Part shown: in pieces, positions 27,768 to 37,887 of the stretch
Layout of the letters: every line of letters begins with the position of its first letter
Numbering within the stretch: the first letter of the stretch is position 1
Origin: Candidatus Nealsonbacteria bacterium
GTDB lineage: Bacteria > Patescibacteriota > Minisyncoccia > Minisyncoccales > JANBVM01
NCBI GenBank assembly: GCA_047456295.1
Contig: CP179887.1
Location: forward strand, 303,159-367,158
Direction of reading: 5' to 3'
Length of the DNA: 64,000 bases
Notes under the pieces: generated by a model
Told to the model about the DNA's origin: nothing
Databases searched by the model: none
The model's input: only the letters and a program-made list of their open reading frames with translations
Made by a program: the position numbers and the translations under genes

Positions 27768-28840
27768 TTTATTAGTCCGATAACTTTAAAAATCTCATTA
27801 AATCTTTTTTCATAAGTATGATCTCTGAGGGTTTTTTCATAACCAACTTTAGCAATGGCTTCTCGTTCTTCATCGTGGATTAAATAATAACGAATTTTAT
27901 CAATAAGGTCTTTAGTGTCTTTATAAATTACAATTTCTTTACCGTCCCTATAGTATTCAGCTAAATTATCAGCACCACTGGTTAATAAAAATCCTCTACA
28001 GCCAGGAATTTCAAAATTTCGACCCTTAATTTGTTCTCGCCTTCTACCCAAAATAGACTTAAAATTATCAATCCATTCTCTGGGATTACAGGGTCGAATA
28101 GAGGCGTCGTGTCTCCGCCTCAAAAATATTTTAGCTAGTGTTTTCCAGTTCATAACTCCGGAACTCTTGGTTAAATTGAGATTAATTTTGCTCTGAGAAA
28201 ATATTTTTATCATTTCTTCCTGAGAAATTCTTCCTTCTGGCCAACCTTGGCCCCAACATTTTATATCTATACCAGCCTCTTTTATTTTCTCTACTACCTT
28301 TTTTCTATTTCCGTGGGGTTGACTAACAAAGGTAACATCATAAATCTTTGGCAAATTTAAGGGCTTATATAAAAAATAATTACAAGCCCATTGGCTTTTG
28401 ATAACATTGTTGAAACCTATATTTTGATATTTAGCTAGAGCTTTAGAATCCGTAGTCACCATCCAGTTGAAATAAGGTATCCAATATTTTGAATAATTAT
28501 CAAAACGCCAATGATCATCGGCAAACCAATTAAAGGTTATTGATCTGTTTTTTTCCGTAATTTCTCTAATGACTTCTTTTTTAATTTCGTCCTCAAAAAG
28601 AAAAAAGAAACATAAGTCTGGTTTTTCTTGATAAACAGTTTCTAAAAGTTGTTGATTCATCTTTTCCCGCCCTGCTTTTTGAATAATCTCATCGAAGGGA
28701 AAATAGACCACTTGATTTCTACCATTATCCATCTTTGTTAAGGAATCATAAAAATTATAATGCTCAAAAGAAAAACCTCTTTCAGGTTTTCCATAATCAT
28801 ATTTTAATGCTATATAGAGAATCTTCATTGTTTCAGCCAA
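27764..28840 (-). CDS. CgeB-family/DUF3880-like glycosyltransferase
   Basis: 358 aa. The C-terminus NFEIPGCRGFLLTS...EIVIYKDTKDLIDKIRYYLIHDEEREAIAKVGYEKTLRDHTYEKRF is typical of CgeB-like GT1_2 domains. Confidence 0.7.
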   Translation of the reverse strand: MAETMKILYIALKYDYGKPERGFSFEHYNFYDSLTKMDNGRNQVVYFPFDEIIQKAGREKMNQQLLETVYQEKPDLCFFFLFEDEIKKEVIREITEKNRSITFNWFADDHWRFDNYSKYWIPYFNWMVTTDSKALAKYQNIGFNNVIKSQWACNYFLYKPLNLPKIYDVTFVSQPHGNRKKVVEKIKEAGIDIKCWGQGWPEGRISQEEMIKIFSQSKINLNLTKSSGVMNWKTLAKIFLRRRHDASIRPCNPREWIDNFKSILGRRREQIKGRNFEIPGCRGFLLTSGADNLAEYYRDGKEIVIYKDTKDLIDKIRYYLIHDEEREAIAKVGYEKTLRDHTYEKRFNEIFKVIGLIK

Positions 28841-30360
28841 GTTCTTAGTAATTTGCCTTCTTCTGCCTCATATCCTACTAAGGACAATTTTAGTAAATCT
28901 TCTTTAATTTTTTCTCGGTTAATATTTCCTTTCTTTTTCTTAGCTTGGACCTCAATGTTCGGCAAGCGCAAATAAGAAATTTCTTTGTAAAATTTAGGAC
29001 CTAAAATTAATTTTAGAAAACTTAGCCTTCTTAAAATATAAGGAATAAAAGTTTTAAGAAAGCCAGGAGATTTTTTAAATTTCAATTGATAAAAACCGAG
29101 TTTGCTAAGAAAAAACTTAAACTTCTGTTTGTCCCAATAATCTTTATGATAAGCCCATTTTGCTTCCTGAGAGCCAAAAATATGTCTAGCTAATTGCATC
29201 CGTTCTGAGAAATTACCAATTCTAAAAAGAGAAATAGATTTGGTAAAATCTGGCGTTTCTATCCTTAAAACTCCATCTGTCTTTAACCACTTTCTCCATT
29301 TTAAAAGTAAATCAATAGCTTCTACTTTAGAAAAATGCTCAAACAAATGATGACTGCGAACTTCATCAACGCTTTCTTCCGGATATTCTAAATCGCGGAT
29401 ATCTTTATAAACATCCGCCTTCGGGGAAATAACAGTATGTCTCGAGGGAGGAAAATCTATATTAATATACCCCTCTAAATATTGCTCTCCACAACCGAGG
29501 TGGAGTCTTAAAAATTGTCCTTTCATGAATTGGTTGGTACGATGGTTTGAACAATCGTCAGCATGCAGTTTGCTTTTTAACAAGTGGTAAAAGCGGTATA
29601 ATTTAATTTTACGGATGATTATACCTACTATAGATCGCAGCCATCTTAAACTCATAAGCTTTACCTTAATTCCTTTGCTATACTTCCAAGCCAACCAGAA
29701 AGATTCCCAATTCTGCTTAAAGGCATGACGTTGACTTACAGCTCCAGTATGAACTAAATCATAAGAAATCGGCTTTGGTATCTTCTTAGGCTTATAATTC
29801 CTACCTACGCGGAGCCAAAATTCATAGTCTGGCGAATAAAGAATTTTTGGATTAAATAAGCCGACCTTACCAAATAGTTCCTTTTTAATGAAAGTATTCT
29901 CTAAACCGATGTAACAGCGTTTTAGTAACAGCTGATAATTAAATTCATTAGGTGCGTTTAATTTATCGATTTTATCTTCTTTTTCGTATACATTGTACGA
30001 ATCCCCATAAATCCATAGAACCTGAGGATTGTTCTTGAAAAACCTTATAACCGCACTTAAAATGTTCTTCTCATACCAATCATCTGATGCTAAATACCCT
30101 ATTATTTCTCCTTGTGAAACTTTGATACCATTATTAATTGCTATTGATATTCCTCTATTTGAAGTAGAAGAAAATAATTTAACTCGTTTATCTTTTTTTA
30201 TAAAAGATTTTACTATTTCTTGCGTTCTATCATTAGAACCGCCATCAACCACTATTATTTCTAAATCTTTATAATCTTGTTCAACAACACTTTTTAATGC
30301 TTTAGCAATATGCTTCTCTGAATTAAGTGTTGTAATTAATATACTTATCATTTTGAACAA
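28825..30360 (-). CDS. Fusion: N-terminal GT2 glycosyltransferase plus C-terminal SAM-dependent methyltransferase
   Basis: 511 aa. ISILITTLNSEKH..IIVVDGGSNDRT..LASDDWY is the GT2 part. LRLHLGCGEQYLEGYINID...HHLFEHF...LKTDGVLRIETPD is the MTase part. Confidence 0.75.
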   Translation of the reverse strand: MFKMISILITTLNSEKHIAKALKSVVEQDYKDLEIIVVDGGSNDRTQEIVKSFIKKDKRVKLFSSTSNRGISIAINNGIKVSQGEIIGYLASDDWYEKNILSAVIRFFKNNPQVLWIYGDSYNVYEKEDKIDKLNAPNEFNYQLLLKRCYIGLENTFIKKELFGKVGLFNPKILYSPDYEFWLRVGRNYKPKKIPKPISYDLVHTGAVSQRHAFKQNWESFWLAWKYSKGIKVKLMSLRWLRSIVGIIIRKIKLYRFYHLLKSKLHADDCSNHRTNQFMKGQFLRLHLGCGEQYLEGYINIDFPPSRHTVISPKADVYKDIRDLEYPEESVDEVRSHHLFEHFSKVEAIDLLLKWRKWLKTDGVLRIETPDFTKSISLFRIGNFSERMQLARHIFGSQEAKWAYHKDYWDKQKFKFFLSKLGFYQLKFKKSPGFLKTFIPYILRRLSFLKLILGPKFYKEISYLRLPNIEVQAKKKKGNINREKIKEDLLKLSLVGYEAEEGKLLRTWLKQ

Positions 30361-30366
30361 GTCATT

Positions 30367-31662
30367 TTATACAAGATATTGTACAGGACCTTGAGCAGCT
30401 ATTATCCTAGGTCTTGGTAAAGGAACAATAAATTTTCCTCCCTTAAGTAAATAATTTCTCTCTCGTTTTTTGAAAGCTTCAAGAAAATGCCAAGGCAACA
30501 CTAAAAAGTAGTCTGGGTTATTCTTCCTTGCCTCCTCCTCAGAAATAATCGGAATCAAAGTACCAATGGTCTTTTTGCCGTACTTTCGTGGGTCTCTTTC
30601 GGCAGCAGCAACAATCAAATCAGAGTTAAGATTAAAAAATTGCAAAAGTGTATTTCCTCTTGTTGAAGCTCCATAAACATAGACTTTTTTGTTTTTTTGC
30701 GTTTCGCTTTTAATAAAATCATTGATGGCATCTTTGATTTTATTTATTCGTAAGCCAAATTCATCATACACTTTTCGTTGATTAAGACCTATGTTCTTTT
30801 CATACTCCCTAACTCTTTTTAATCTTTCTTCTGCGCCCTCAAAAACTTTAAGGGATTTACACTCTGTATGTCTAATATATGCCCGGATACTTCCACCATT
30901 AACATCATTCAATAAAATATCAAATACTTCTAATCTGTATTTTTTCAAAAGATTTTCTAAAGCAAGTAGTGAATAATATTCAAGGTGTTCATGGACTATG
31001 TTATCAAAAGCATTTCGTTCTAACATCGAAACGAGATAATTCATCTGGATAATAAACAAACCATCTTTATCAAGCACTTTTACAATATCTTTAATAAATT
31101 CGTTCGGATCGTCTAAATCATAAAACATTGAAATAGCTGTAATAATTTTTACCTTTTGATTGCCAAACTCTTTTTTAAAGTTGTTTGTATTAAAATAATC
31201 ATTAAATATTTTTGTCGTACCAACCTGCGCATATTGTACTAAATCTTTTGCCGGATCAAATCCAACAAGTTTAAGTCTTTTGACTTTTCCTCTATAAAAA
31301 CGAAGCATAGTCCCGTCATTACAGCCGATATCAAGGACAATATCTCCAGTATATAAATCCCTTATTTGAACAGCCTTCTCAACAATATCAGCTAATTCGC
31401 TTTTCATTGTTTCATTAATCGCAGACCGGTACCAATATCCTTTTCTGTAGAGCAAATCTCGATCAACTGTATGTCTAAGCTGAAGCAAACCACACCCTCC
31501 TGAGTTTGCATTGCATAAAACAATATCAAGGGGTGCTTTTGAAACTCCAGTATTAGAGCTTTCAACAAAACAAGAAGGATAAATATTTCCTAAAGAAAGA
31601 ATAGGAATAAGATTTTTTGCACCACAGGCACAACAAGTATAAATAGTTTTTAGACCAGACAT
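30367..31662 (-). CDS. NDP-hexose C-methyltransferase-like enzyme (zinc-ribbon N-domain + MTase + C-methyltransferase C-domain, TylCIII-like)
   Basis: 431 aa. N-terminus CCACGAKNLIPILSLG (putative Zn site). Also VLDIGCNDGTMLRF and an architecture like sugar C3-methyltransferases. Confidence 0.65.
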   Translation of the reverse strand: MSGLKTIYTCCACGAKNLIPILSLGNIYPSCFVESSNTGVSKAPLDIVLCNANSGGCGLLQLRHTVDRDLLYRKGYWYRSAINETMKSELADIVEKAVQIRDLYTGDIVLDIGCNDGTMLRFYRGKVKRLKLVGFDPAKDLVQYAQVGTTKIFNDYFNTNNFKKEFGNQKVKIITAISMFYDLDDPNEFIKDIVKVLDKDGLFIIQMNYLVSMLERNAFDNIVHEHLEYYSLLALENLLKKYRLEVFDILLNDVNGGSIRAYIRHTECKSLKVFEGAEERLKRVREYEKNIGLNQRKVYDEFGLRINKIKDAINDFIKSETQKNKKVYVYGASTRGNTLLQFFNLNSDLIVAAAERDPRKYGKKTIGTLIPIISEEEARKNNPDYFLVLPWHFLEAFKKRERNYLLKGGKFIVPLPRPRIIAAQGPVQYLV

Positions 31663-31676
31663 AAATACATAATTAC

Positions 31677-32651
31677 TTATTGTTCATTTGCAAATTCTTT
31701 ATGTTCAAGATACCAACTAATAGTTTTCTCAAGACCCTGCTCAAAGTTCGTTTTTGCCTTAAAACCAAATTCTTTTTCTGCTCTCGTCGTATCTAATCTT
31801 CGTCTTGGTTGTCCATCTAGTTTAGATGTATCCCAATGAATTTCTCCTTTAAAATTCATTAATTTACAAATCAATTTTGTCAAATCTGTAATAGAAATTT
31901 CCATACCTGAACCAAGATTAATCGGTTCCATTTTATTATATTTTTCTGTGGCAAGTAAAATTCCCTCAGCAGCATCCTCAACATATAAAAACTCTCTTGT
32001 AGGATTGCCACTACCCCAAACTTCAATATAATCTCTACCTTCATCTTTAGTCTCAGCTATTTTTCTTATCAAGGCAGGTATAACATGAGAAGTTTTTAAA
32101 TTAAATTTGTCAAAAGGTCCATACATATTTACTGGCAAGAGATAAATTGCGTTAAATCCGTATTGCTGACGATAGGCTTGAGCTTGGACTAAAAGCATTT
32201 TTTTTGCTAAACCGTAAGGGGCATTTGTTTCTTCGGGATAGCCATTCCATAAATCTTCTTCTTTAAAAGGAACAGGGGTAAATTTTGGATAGGCACAGAT
32301 AGTCCCAATTGCTACAAATTTTTCAATACCTGTTTGACGAGCGGCCTCTATTAATTGAATACCCATTATGGCGTTGTCGTAAAACATCTCTCCTGGTATT
32401 TTTTGATTTAAACCAATACCACCGACTTTGGCTGCTAAATGTATAACTATATCTTGGCCAGCGACCGCTTTTTGGCAATTCTTCCATTTTCTTAAATCTA
32501 ATTGTTCAAAAGTGGGCAAAAATAGATTCTCTTTTGGAATTTTTCTTTTCTCTAATAAATTTCTAACCAGATGTTTACCTAAAAATCCCTGAGCGCCAGT
32601 AATTAAAATCTTCTTTTTAGTTAAATCAATCATAAATTGTTTGTTATTCAA
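31677..32651 (-). CDS. fcl: GDP-L-fucose synthase (GDP-4-keto-6-deoxy-D-mannose 3,5-epimerase/4-reductase)
   Basis: 324 aa. [39 protein letters not shown]. Overlaps gmd by 8 nt. Confidence 0.9.
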   Translation of the reverse strand: MNNKQFMIDLTKKKILITGAQGFLGKHLVRNLLEKRKIPKENLFLPTFEQLDLRKWKNCQKAVAGQDIVIHLAAKVGGIGLNQKIPGEMFYDNAIMGIQLIEAARQTGIEKFVAIGTICAYPKFTPVPFKEEDLWNGYPEETNAPYGLAKKMLLVQAQAYRQQYGFNAIYLLPVNMYGPFDKFNLKTSHVIPALIRKIAETKDEGRDYIEVWGSGNPTREFLYVEDAAEGILLATEKYNKMEPINLGSGMEISITDLTKLICKLMNFKGEIHWDTSKLDGQPRRRLDTTRAEKEFGFKAKTNFEQGLEKTISWYLEHKEFANEQ

Positions 32652-33735
32652 AGTGATTTTTTACTTCAAAACCCCCATTTTTCAAATGGGCATCTCTTTT
32701 TGCTTCCTCTAAATCTGAATGAACCATTTCTTTTACCAATTCTTCAAAACTGGTTTTTGGTCTCCAACCGAGTTTTTCTCTTGCTTTAGTTGAATCGCCT
32801 AATAGTGATTCCACTTCGGCTGGTCGAAAATATCTTGGGTCAATTTCTACTATTATTCTGCCTGTCTTCTTGTCTATTCCCTTTTCATTTAAACTTTCTC
32901 CTTGCCATTCTAAATCAATCCCTAGTTCTTCGAAGGCAAACTCGCAAAATTCTCTAACCGAGTGTTGCTGTCCGGTTGCTATTACATAATCATCAGGTTC
33001 TGGCTGTTGTAACATTAACCACATTGCCTCAACGCTATCTTTGCTGTGCCCCCAATCTCTTTTGGCATTAAGATTTCCTAAATACAATTTATCTTGCAGT
33101 CCTAAACTAATTCGGCTAGCTGCTCGGGTAATCTTCCGGGTGACAAAGGTTTCTCCTCGCCGTGAACTCTCGTGATTGAATAAAATGCCGTTGCAGGCAA
33201 AGATATTGTAGGCCTCACGATAATTAATAGTAATCCAATAAGCATACAACTTAGCTACTCCATAAGGACTTCTTGGATGAAAGGGAGTATTTTCGTTTTG
33301 AGGCGCTTCGCCTGGCTTGCCGGAAAACAACTCACTGGTTGAGGCCTGGTAAAATTTTGTTTTTTTCTCTAAACCAAGAATTCTAATGGCTTCTAATAAT
33401 CTTAAACATCCTAAAGCATCAGTATTTGCCGTATATTCCGGCATCTCAAAGGAAACTTTAACGTGCGACATAGCCGCCAAATTATAAATCTCGTCTGGTT
33501 GGATTTTTTGGATAATTCTCATCAAATTAGTAGCATCAGTCATATCACCATAATAAAGAATAAACCTTCTATTTTTTTCGTGAGGGTCTTGAAATAAATG
33601 GTCTATTCTTGCCGTATTAAAAGAAGAGGCGCGTCTTTTAATTCCATGGACCTCGTAACCTTTATTTAATAAAAACTCAGCCAGATACGAACCGTCTTGT
33701 CCCGAGACGCCAGAGATTAGTGCTTTTTTTGCCAT
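32644..33735 (-). CDS. gmd: GDP-mannose 4,6-dehydratase
   Basis: 363 aa. [72 protein letters not shown]. Confidence 0.95.
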   Translation of the reverse strand: MAKKALISGVSGQDGSYLAEFLLNKGYEVHGIKRRASSFNTARIDHLFQDPHEKNRRFILYYGDMTDATNLMRIIQKIQPDEIYNLAAMSHVKVSFEMPEYTANTDALGCLRLLEAIRILGLEKKTKFYQASTSELFSGKPGEAPQNENTPFHPRSPYGVAKLYAYWITINYREAYNIFACNGILFNHESSRRGETFVTRKITRAASRISLGLQDKLYLGNLNAKRDWGHSKDSVEAMWLMLQQPEPDDYVIATGQQHSVREFCEFAFEELGIDLEWQGESLNEKGIDKKTGRIIVEIDPRYFRPAEVESLLGDSTKAREKLGWRPKTSFEELVKEMVHSDLEEAKRDAHLKNGGFEVKNHFE

Positions 33736-33775
33736 ATATTTTGCTGATTTTTTATTTTGCTATATAATCAAGAAT

Positions 33776-35014
33776 ATGAAACTAAAACAAAAAATTAAAA
33801 GTTTATTGCTCTGGAGCCAAAAATACACTCAAACTGATATGGTTTATGTGGCCAAGGGAGGGTTTTGGTGGATTTTTGGTGAAATTGTGGTGGTTGGGAT
33901 TTCTTTTTTGACGATGATTGCTTTCAGTCACTGGGTACCAAAAGAGATTTTCGGTGCTTATCAGTATATTCTTTCTATAATAGGAACTTTAGCCATCTTT
34001 ACATTACCGGGAATAAATACTGCCTTAGTAAGAGCGGTGGCAAAAGGAAAAGAGGGAATGCTTTGGCTTTCAGCTAAAACAAGTTTTAAATGGTCTTTCA
34101 TTGGAGTGGCGGGTTGTCTGGCTATTTCTGGTTGGTATTTCTTACATCAAAATTTTATCTTAGGAAACTCTTTTTTAATTGCCAGTTTTCTCTTCCCAAT
34201 TCCCAGAATTTCTAATCTCCTTTTTAATTTCTGGCAAGGAAGAAAGAAGTTTGACATACAAGCTAAATATTCAATAATAATCAACATCTTAGAAGCTTTA
34301 GCTTTTATTCCAGTTCTTTTTTTAACTAACAACTTAATTTTAATTATCTTGGCTTATTTTATCTCAAGAAGTATATTCAGAGGTATCCTTTTTAAACTTA
34401 CTTTAAAAAAAGTAAAAAATCAAGAAAAAGATAAGGAAACTTTATCTTTTGGTAAGCATTTAACTTTGATGCAAAGCATTGCTCTTTTTGGAGGACAAAT
34501 AGATAAAGTTATTATTTGGCAGTTTTTGGGACCAATTCCGGTAGCAATATATTCTTTTGCCCAACTTTCACTTCTAAGAATCCAAGGATTAATTCCAATC
34601 GCTCCTCTGGCCTTGCCAAAGCTTAGTCAGAAGAATATTAAAGAAATAAAAAAAGGAATCTTTAAGAAATTTTCCAAACTCTTTTTAATCTCTGTGCCTC
34701 TTACTCTCTTTCTTGTCCTAATCGCTCCTCTAATTTATAAAATCTTGTTTCCTCAATATTTAGAATCTATTCCCTATTTCCAAGTTTTAGCCCTAACTTT
34801 AGCTTTAGCTCCTTTCTCGCTTCTGGGAACTTCTTTAGTGGCTGAAATGAAAAAAAAGGAACTTTACATCAGTTCAGTGGTAACCCCTGTTTTGCAAATT
34901 ATTTTATTTTTAACATTAATCCCTTTCTATGGAATCTGGGGCATAATCACTGCTATCTTAATTACTCAAGTTTGTGGAAGTGCCTTAACTTTTTATCTCT
35001 TCAAAAAGATTTAA
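33776..35014 (+). CDS. Oligosaccharide-unit flippase (Wzx-like, MOP superfamily)
   Basis: 412 aa, about 12 TM segments, sitting in a glycan locus. The sequence is typical of polysaccharide biosynthesis (Wzx) proteins, but the assignment rests on topology and context. Confidence 0.7.
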   Translation: MKLKQKIKSLLLWSQKYTQTDMVYVAKGGFWWIFGEIVVVGISFLTMIAFSHWVPKEIFGAYQYILSIIGTLAIFTLPGINTALVRAVAKGKEGMLWLSAKTSFKWSFIGVAGCLAISGWYFLHQNFILGNSFLIASFLFPIPRISNLLFNFWQGRKKFDIQAKYSIIINILEALAFIPVLFLTNNLILIILAYFISRSIFRGILFKLTLKKVKNQEKDKETLSFGKHLTLMQSIALFGGQIDKVIIWQFLGPIPVAIYSFAQLSLLRIQGLIPIAPLALPKLSQKNIKEIKKGIFKKFSKLFLISVPLTLFLVLIAPLIYKILFPQYLESIPYFQVLALTLALAPFSLLGTSLVAEMKKKELYISSVVTPVLQIILFLTLIPFYGIWGIITAILITQVCGSALTFYLFKKI

Positions 35015-35964
35015 CTTTTTATCTTTTTTTTAAACCAACTTATGGTTTCTTTAAGTCCTTTTTCTAAACTGTATTTCGGCTGCCAGTTGAGGGCTTTTTT
35101 TATTTTGGAAAAATCAAGACAGCTTCTCTTTTGTTCGCCTGATTTTATTGGACCATGAATTTCCTGACAATCAGAATTGGTCAATTCTTTAATTTTTCTG
35201 AAAATCTCATTGATGCTCGTTTCCTTAGCGATACCAATATTATAAATACCGCTTTTTTCTTTTTTTATAGCTGAAAGAGCTGCTTCAACTACATCATCAA
35301 CATAAACGAAATCTCTGGTCTGTTCTCCGTCACCATTAATTACAACTTTCTCATTTCTCAACATTTTATCACAAAAAATAGCTATTACTCCGGCTTCTCC
35401 TTTTGAATTTTGGCGAGGACCGTAAACATTTGAAAAACGCAAAGAAACATAATCTAAACCATAGGTTTTTTTATAAAAGTTGAGGTATTTTTCAATGGCA
35501 AGTTTTTCTATTCCGTAAGGCGATTCGGGATTTTCTAAATGATTTTCCGGTGTAGGAATGACATCTGTATCGCCGTAGATAGCGCCACCGCTTGACGCAA
35601 AAATTATCTTTGGAACCGCTGATTTATACTGATTCGGCTGATTTACGATGATAAAGTTTTGGAGGATGTTTAGAGAGCCGAGGATATTGATCTTGGCATC
35701 TTCGATTGGGTCTTTTACTGATTTTCTGATATCAATTTGGGCGGCAAAATGAAAAATTGTTTCTGGTTTTTCTTTTTTAAAAATCTGAGAAATTTTGGAA
35801 TCACAAATATCCAGCTCATAAAATTTAGCTTTAGGATTCAGGTTCTCTTTTTTGCCGGTAGATAAATTATCAATCACTATTACTTGATGGCCTTGCTCTA
35901 TTAATTTGTCTGTGAGGTGAGAGGCGATAAATCCAGCCCCTCCACTTACTAATATTTTAGACAT
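35011..35964 (-). CDS. NAD-dependent sugar epimerase/dehydratase (UDP-glucose 4-epimerase-like SDR)
   Basis: 317 aa. ILVSGGAGFIASHL, YGIEKLAIEKY (YxxxK). Confidence 0.85.
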   Translation of the reverse strand: MSKILVSGGAGFIASHLTDKLIEQGHQVIVIDNLSTGKKENLNPKAKFYELDICDSKISQIFKKEKPETIFHFAAQIDIRKSVKDPIEDAKINILGSLNILQNFIIVNQPNQYKSAVPKIIFASSGGAIYGDTDVIPTPENHLENPESPYGIEKLAIEKYLNFYKKTYGLDYVSLRFSNVYGPRQNSKGEAGVIAIFCDKMLRNEKVVINGDGEQTRDFVYVDDVVEAALSAIKKEKSGIYNIGIAKETSINEIFRKIKELTNSDCQEIHGPIKSGEQKRSCLDFSKIKKALNWQPKYSLEKGLKETISWFKKKIKS

Positions 35965-36000
35965 ATATATAATTAGTTATTACTGAATAGTTATTAATGA

Positions 36001-36705
36001 TTACTCCCAGGTTCTGATGGCTTTTTCATAGCGCTGCCATGTTCCACAATCTGTCCATTTCCCATTAAATTTAAATCCGGCTAACTCTCCCTTTTTAGCT
36101 AATTTAGGAAAAAGATTTGTTTCTATCATAGAAAACTTGGAGCCGGGATGATATTCAAAAATTTCCGGAGAAAGAAGATACAATCCCGAATTAATATATT
36201 TTGAAGGAGGATTTTTAGGTTTCTCTAAAAATTTCTGAACTATTCCATCTTTACAAATTACTACTCCGTAATCTTGAGGATTTGGCACCTTTACCAAGGC
36301 AATTGTTGCAAGGATTCCTTTCTTTTGGTGAAAATCTTTCATTTTCTTTAAATTAATTTTTTTCAGTTCATCTCCATTAGTAAGAAAAAACTCCTTCCCT
36401 AAAAGTTCTTTTTTTAAATAATAAAGGCCACCAAAAGTTCCTAATGGCTCACTTTCTTCAACTAATTTAATGTTATTTTTGGGATAATATCTTTTCTTCC
36501 ACCAGTCAAACTCTTCTTTAAATTCTTTATTTATCAATACAAAAATATCCTTTATTCCTTGTTCAGAAAAAAGCTCTACCAGATGATTTATAATCGGTTT
36601 CTTTTTTACTGGTAAAAGAGGTTTGGGGATTTCATAGGTTATAGGATAAAGCCTAGTCCCCTTTCCCCCAGCCAAAATCACTGCTTTAAGATTATTTTGG
36701 ATCAT
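36001..36705 (-). CDS. Sugar-1-phosphate nucleotidylyltransferase
   Basis: 234 aa. AVILAGGKGTRLYPITYEIPKPLLPV. Confidence 0.85.
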   Translation of the reverse strand: MIQNNLKAVILAGGKGTRLYPITYEIPKPLLPVKKKPIINHLVELFSEQGIKDIFVLINKEFKEEFDWWKKRYYPKNNIKLVEESEPLGTFGGLYYLKKELLGKEFFLTNGDELKKINLKKMKDFHQKKGILATIALVKVPNPQDYGVVICKDGIVQKFLEKPKNPPSKYINSGLYLLSPEIFEYHPGSKFSMIETNLFPKLAKKGELAGFKFNGKWTDCGTWQRYEKAIRTWE

Positions 36706-36759
36706 ATTTATGCTATGCTGTATAATATAATATAAGTTGCCAAAAAATCAAGATTTATT

Positions 36760-37887
36760 ATGTATTTTGTCCATCCTCAAATTAAATTAACAAAGCAGAC
36801 CCTGAAGTCGTTTCTTGGAAACTTCATTAAAGCGCCTGACCTAACTCTTATCAAAAAAGAGCTCTCTTTTAATTTCCCCGGAAAGCAACTGGTATTTACC
36901 GACATGGCAAGGTCTGCCTTTAAAATCGCTATTGAAAAATTGAATTTAAGAGATTCCAAGATTGTTTTGCCAGCCTATATTTGTGATATTTTCTATCCGA
37001 TTTTGAAAGAATATAATATAGAACCCATTTTTTTAGATATTGAATTAGACACTTTTCACATCAAAACAGGAGAAGATTTACAAAAAATTAAGACTAAAGC
37101 AAAAGCAATTCTTGTTTCCCACACCTATGGACTGCCCATTAAAAAAGAAAGAATAGAGCAAATCAAGAACCTGTTGCTAATTGAGGACTGCGCTCATGCC
37201 TTTGGAGCCACCGTAGGCAATTTAGGAGATGTTTCTTTTTTTAGCCTCTATAAACAATTCCCTATGTTCAGGGGAGGTTTGTTGGTTTGCCCTCAGAGTT
37301 GGGAAATCAACCTGCCAAAAACAAATTTCAGTTTCAGGGATTTTATTTCCTTTTTGAACTGTTTTCCTTTTTTTGCTTTTCTCTTTAAAACCTTTGGTCA
37401 AAAAATTGCCCCTAAATTTATTAAGGGAGAAAAAATACCAAAACCCGCTTCCTTAAATCCTGTTTCCTTGAACTTTTTTTCTCAATATTCAAGAGACTAT
37501 GACCTTACCTTAAAAAAAAGAAAAGAACTCGGTTTGTTTTTCCAAAAAGAGCTTAAAAAATTAGGCTTCCAAGTCCAAGAATCTGAAAATAATGTTTTTT
37601 GTTATTTATCAGCTTTAACTCCTAAAGAGCTCAAGGATAAAAGAGATAAACTGGTAAGGGAATTAAAAAAGAAAAGGGTCTTTTGTACTCGAATCTGGCA
37701 CACCCCTATAGTTCTCAATCCAGAAGTCCAAGAAGAATACAATCTAAATTTAGACAAATTTCCAAATACGGTTGAGGTAGCTAAAAGAATAATTAATTTT
37801 CCTCTTCAAACCTGGTACTCAAAAAAGAATATCAAAAAGATAATTTTAAGCGTGAAAAAGGTTCTTATTGAGCTAAAAGCTGGTTGA
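36760..37887 (+). CDS. DegT/DnrJ/EryC1/StrS-family sugar aminotransferase (divergent)
   Basis: 375 aa. IEDCAHAFGA and FSLYKQFPMFRGG (candidate PLP-lysine). The 3' end overlaps the convergent gene by 23 nt. Confidence 0.7.
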   Translation: MYFVHPQIKLTKQTLKSFLGNFIKAPDLTLIKKELSFNFPGKQLVFTDMARSAFKIAIEKLNLRDSKIVLPAYICDIFYPILKEYNIEPIFLDIELDTFHIKTGEDLQKIKTKAKAILVSHTYGLPIKKERIEQIKNLLLIEDCAHAFGATVGNLGDVSFFSLYKQFPMFRGGLLVCPQSWEINLPKTNFSFRDFISFLNCFPFFAFLFKTFGQKIAPKFIKGEKIPKPASLNPVSLNFFSQYSRDYDLTLKKRKELGLFFQKELKKLGFQVQESENNVFCYLSALTPKELKDKRDKLVRELKKKRVFCTRIWHTPIVLNPEVQEEYNLNLDKFPNTVEVAKRIINFPLQTWYSKKNIKKIILSVKKVLIELKAG

